A stretch of DNA of 8,457 bases from Paraspadella gotoi. Lineage: Eukaryota; Animalia; Chaetognatha. Positions 6,204-8,457 of this stretch are shown one piece after another. The first letter of the stretch is position 1, and the number at the start of each line of letters is the position of its first letter. The notes beneath the pieces were generated by a model. It was not told where the DNA came from. It ran no database searches and saw only the letters and a list, made by a program, of their open reading frames with translations. A program made the position numbers and the translations under genes. The stretch covers positions 1-8,457 of the forward strand of contig JBJCIZ010000913.1 in assembly GCA_051294375.1 (NCBI GenBank), read 5' to 3'.

Positions 6204-8456
6204 GCCAGAAAGCTCAAAGAGGGCTTGACCGAGGCTATGGCAAAAGGTGGATTTGAACTCGGGAAATGGAAATGCACTGACCCAAAAGTCCTCGAAGAAT
6301 TGGATAAAAACTCCCAAGTCCTCACCTTGGACCAAAGAGATCCATCTNNNNNNNNNNAACCTTTGGTAGTGACTGAGAAAATCTTGGGTGTTGGTTTTGA
6401 TTATAATGATGATCACTTTCATTTTAGAGTGAACAAGGAAAAACTGCAGAAAGAATGTAAGANNNNNNNNNNNNNNNTATCTCTACTTGCAAGTCTCTAT
6501 GATCCCTTAGGGTTAGTCTCTCCCTTCACACTGAAAGGCAGAATCTTATTACAGAAAATCACTGCCCTTGACTTAGCATGGGATAAACCCATACCGAAAG
6601 ATATGCAAAAANNNNNNNNNNAATGGAAAGATCAACTTCCAAAACTGGAAGAAGTGAAAATTCCACGATGGATAGCAACCCCAGAAACTACAAATTCTTC
6701 AGCAGAATTGCATGTTTTTTGTGATGCTTCTATGGATGGTTATGGTGTATCTGTATACCGGAGAGCGGTTCCTAACGGCGGGGGCTCTCCCCACGTAGCT
6801 TTTCTCTTATCAAAATCAAAGGTAACGCCTTTAGATTCGATAAGAGCAGGTCATCATAATTCGATCCCAAGGCTCGAATTGACAGCTGCAAGATTGGCCT
6901 GTGAAATTAGACAAATGATCATTGAAGAATGTACCAATGATAAATTTGAACGAATTGTAATGTGGACAGATAGCGAAACTGTATTGAAACAGATACGCGA
7001 TCATACAACACGATTCACACCCTTTTTCAAAAATCGTTTATCACGAATCCATGAAATCTCCAACATTGAAGATTGGAGGTATGTTCCAACAAACCTCAAT
7101 CCCGCTGATGACTGCAGCCGCGGTCTCAGTGTTGAAGATAAAAAGTGGGAACGATTTCACAAAGGTCCTGATTTTCTGCGCCTTCAAGAAGAAGAATGGC
7201 CAGTCCAGAAAATATCGATGGATCCTTTACCTTATGATATGAATGTGAACGCCACAAACATCGAATTATACGAATGCAAAAAGAATGAAAAGATGGATCA
7301 CTGGACGATCCAAATTGGAAAGAAGGTCGAACGATATCACCAGAAACTGAGACGAATTGCCCTTCTCAATAAGTTTCTGATGAAAACGGCGAAAAAAGAA
7401 TCAATCAATTTGAAAAATCTCAAATTAGATTTGGATGAAATTGAAAACGCCGAACAAATGCTTATTAGAGCGTTGCAAAATGCTTATTTTGAAAATGAAA
7501 TGAAAGAATTGAATGACAAAGTTGTGAATGATCCGAATGATAGAAAAGAATTAGATTCAAGAAAATCTATACTAAGACCACTAAACCCCTTTTTGGATGA
7601 AAATGGTTTGATGCGAGTTGGTGGTAGATTGATCGAATCTAAATATGATTACAATACGAAACATCCTATTATTTTACCAAAGGATGATTCTATAGTACAT
7701 GATTTAATTAGACATACCCACATTTTTGAATGTCATGCGGGAACGAATCACGTGATCAGAGAATTACGTAAGAAATTTCATATCCAATGTTTTAGAAGAA
7801 CAGTAAAGAAAGTCATTGGCAAATGCATTGGATGCCAAAAGAATTTCAAACCTCCGGCAATCCAAAAGATGGCGCCACTTCCTGAAGACCGACTTCAACG
7901 CGGCGCGCCATTTGAAGTAACTGGTGTTGACATGTTTGGGCCCTACAAGGTGAAAATCACAGGAAGAGCCGTACATAAACGATGGGTCGCGCTTTTTACA
8001 TGTTTAAAAATGAGAGGAGTACATTTTGAAGTATTAGACGACATATCAAGCTCTTCTTTTATTAATGCCTTAATTAGATTCAATTCTCGCCGTCCGGGAG
8101 CTCGAAAATTCTATTCAGACAATGGAACAAATTTCCGGAAAGCAAACCTCGAAATTCAGGAGGCAATAAATGAATGGAATAATGAACAAATGAGCAATCG
8201 TTTGCTGGAATATGGATTTGAATGGGTCTTTGGACCACCTAACGCCCCCCATTGGGGCGGGATTTGGGAAAGAATGGTTCAATCGGCCAAACGACATTTA
8301 GATTCAGTATTAAAAAAGGAAAACCTGACTCTAGAAACCTTTACTACAATATTGATACATGTAGAGGGCGTTCTAAACAATAGACCGCTCACACAAGAAA
8401 GTGATGATGTAAATGACTTCATAGCAATTAGCCCCGCTGATATTCTCTATCCTGGC
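6201..8456 (+). CDS. pol: Pol C-terminal part: RT end, RNase H (Pao peptidase A17 region), integrase HHCC and DDE core; 3'-partial
   Basis: Frame 3 is open after TGA 6198-6200 to the window end (752 codons, translated by hand). Motifs: GGFELGKW, SLYDPLGLVSPF, HVFCDAS (D 6723), IPRLEL (E 6876), WTDS (D 6969), NPADD (D 7107); HHCC at 7719/7734/7824/7833; integrase D 7929 (GVDMFGP), D 8118 (SDNGTNF), E 8268 (WER). Confidence 0.96.
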
Positions 8457-8457
8457 G

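Larger units (their letters stand above)
136..6621. other. Eight N gaps: 136-216, 358-388, 4328-4352, 4842-4851, 5390-5401, 6348-6357, 6463-6477, 6612-6621
   Basis: Seen directly. All lie in the clean coding parts and the reading frame is kept across each. Confidence 0.95.
1..8457 (+). mobile_element. BEL/Pao (Belpaoviridae) LTR retrotransposon, partial and rearranged in the left half
   Basis: Domain order is Gag (3 zinc knuckles), PR, RT, RNase H, IN. Family-typical motifs read directly: LPWK, SLNDELLTGPDL, LLRFR, YDPLG, HVFCDAS, IPRLEL, NPADDCSRG, RVGGRL, KHPIILP, GVDMFGP, SDNGTNF, APHWGGIWERMV, LNNRPLT. Confidence 0.96.

Noticed and set aside
4252-8297. Short antisense and alternate-frame ORFs overlapping gag-pol
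   Set aside because: They are explained as shadows of the motif-rich gag and pol frames.
1-8457. CRISPR array, tRNA/rRNA gene or prokaryotic RT system (retron, DGR, group II intron)
   Set aside because: There are no regularly spaced repeats or RNA-gene signatures. The RT is embedded in a PR-RT-RH-IN polyprotein, and the repeat pair differs by indels rather than adenine-specific substitutions as in a DGR.

Overview
The window is a eukaryotic BEL/Pao-family LTR retrotransposon on the + strand, cut off inside integrase at the right edge. From about 4264 it reads: Gag C-terminus with the three-knuckle Cys/His array typical of BEL/Pao, an in-frame UGA, then Pol with aspartic protease, RT, RNase H and integrase. 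The last 752 codons (6201-8456) are open but missing from the ORF track. The best finding is the gag-pol junction: gag ends at TGA (4798-4800) in a TGA-CTAG context, pol continues in the same frame, and both other frames close within 26 nt. This points to stop-codon readthrough, whereas BEL/Pao elements usually have one uninterrupted ORF. The left half is rearranged. A clean gag segment (1-518) is followed by an LTR-like block (519-919), a leader, a heavily frameshifted gag N-terminus (about 1591-2880), about 1 kb of featureless sequence, and an indel-rich second copy (3959-4278) of 260-518. The indel pattern there and in the RT core looks like unpolished long-read error, so much of this layout may be an assembly artefact. 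The host cannot be identified from the sequence.
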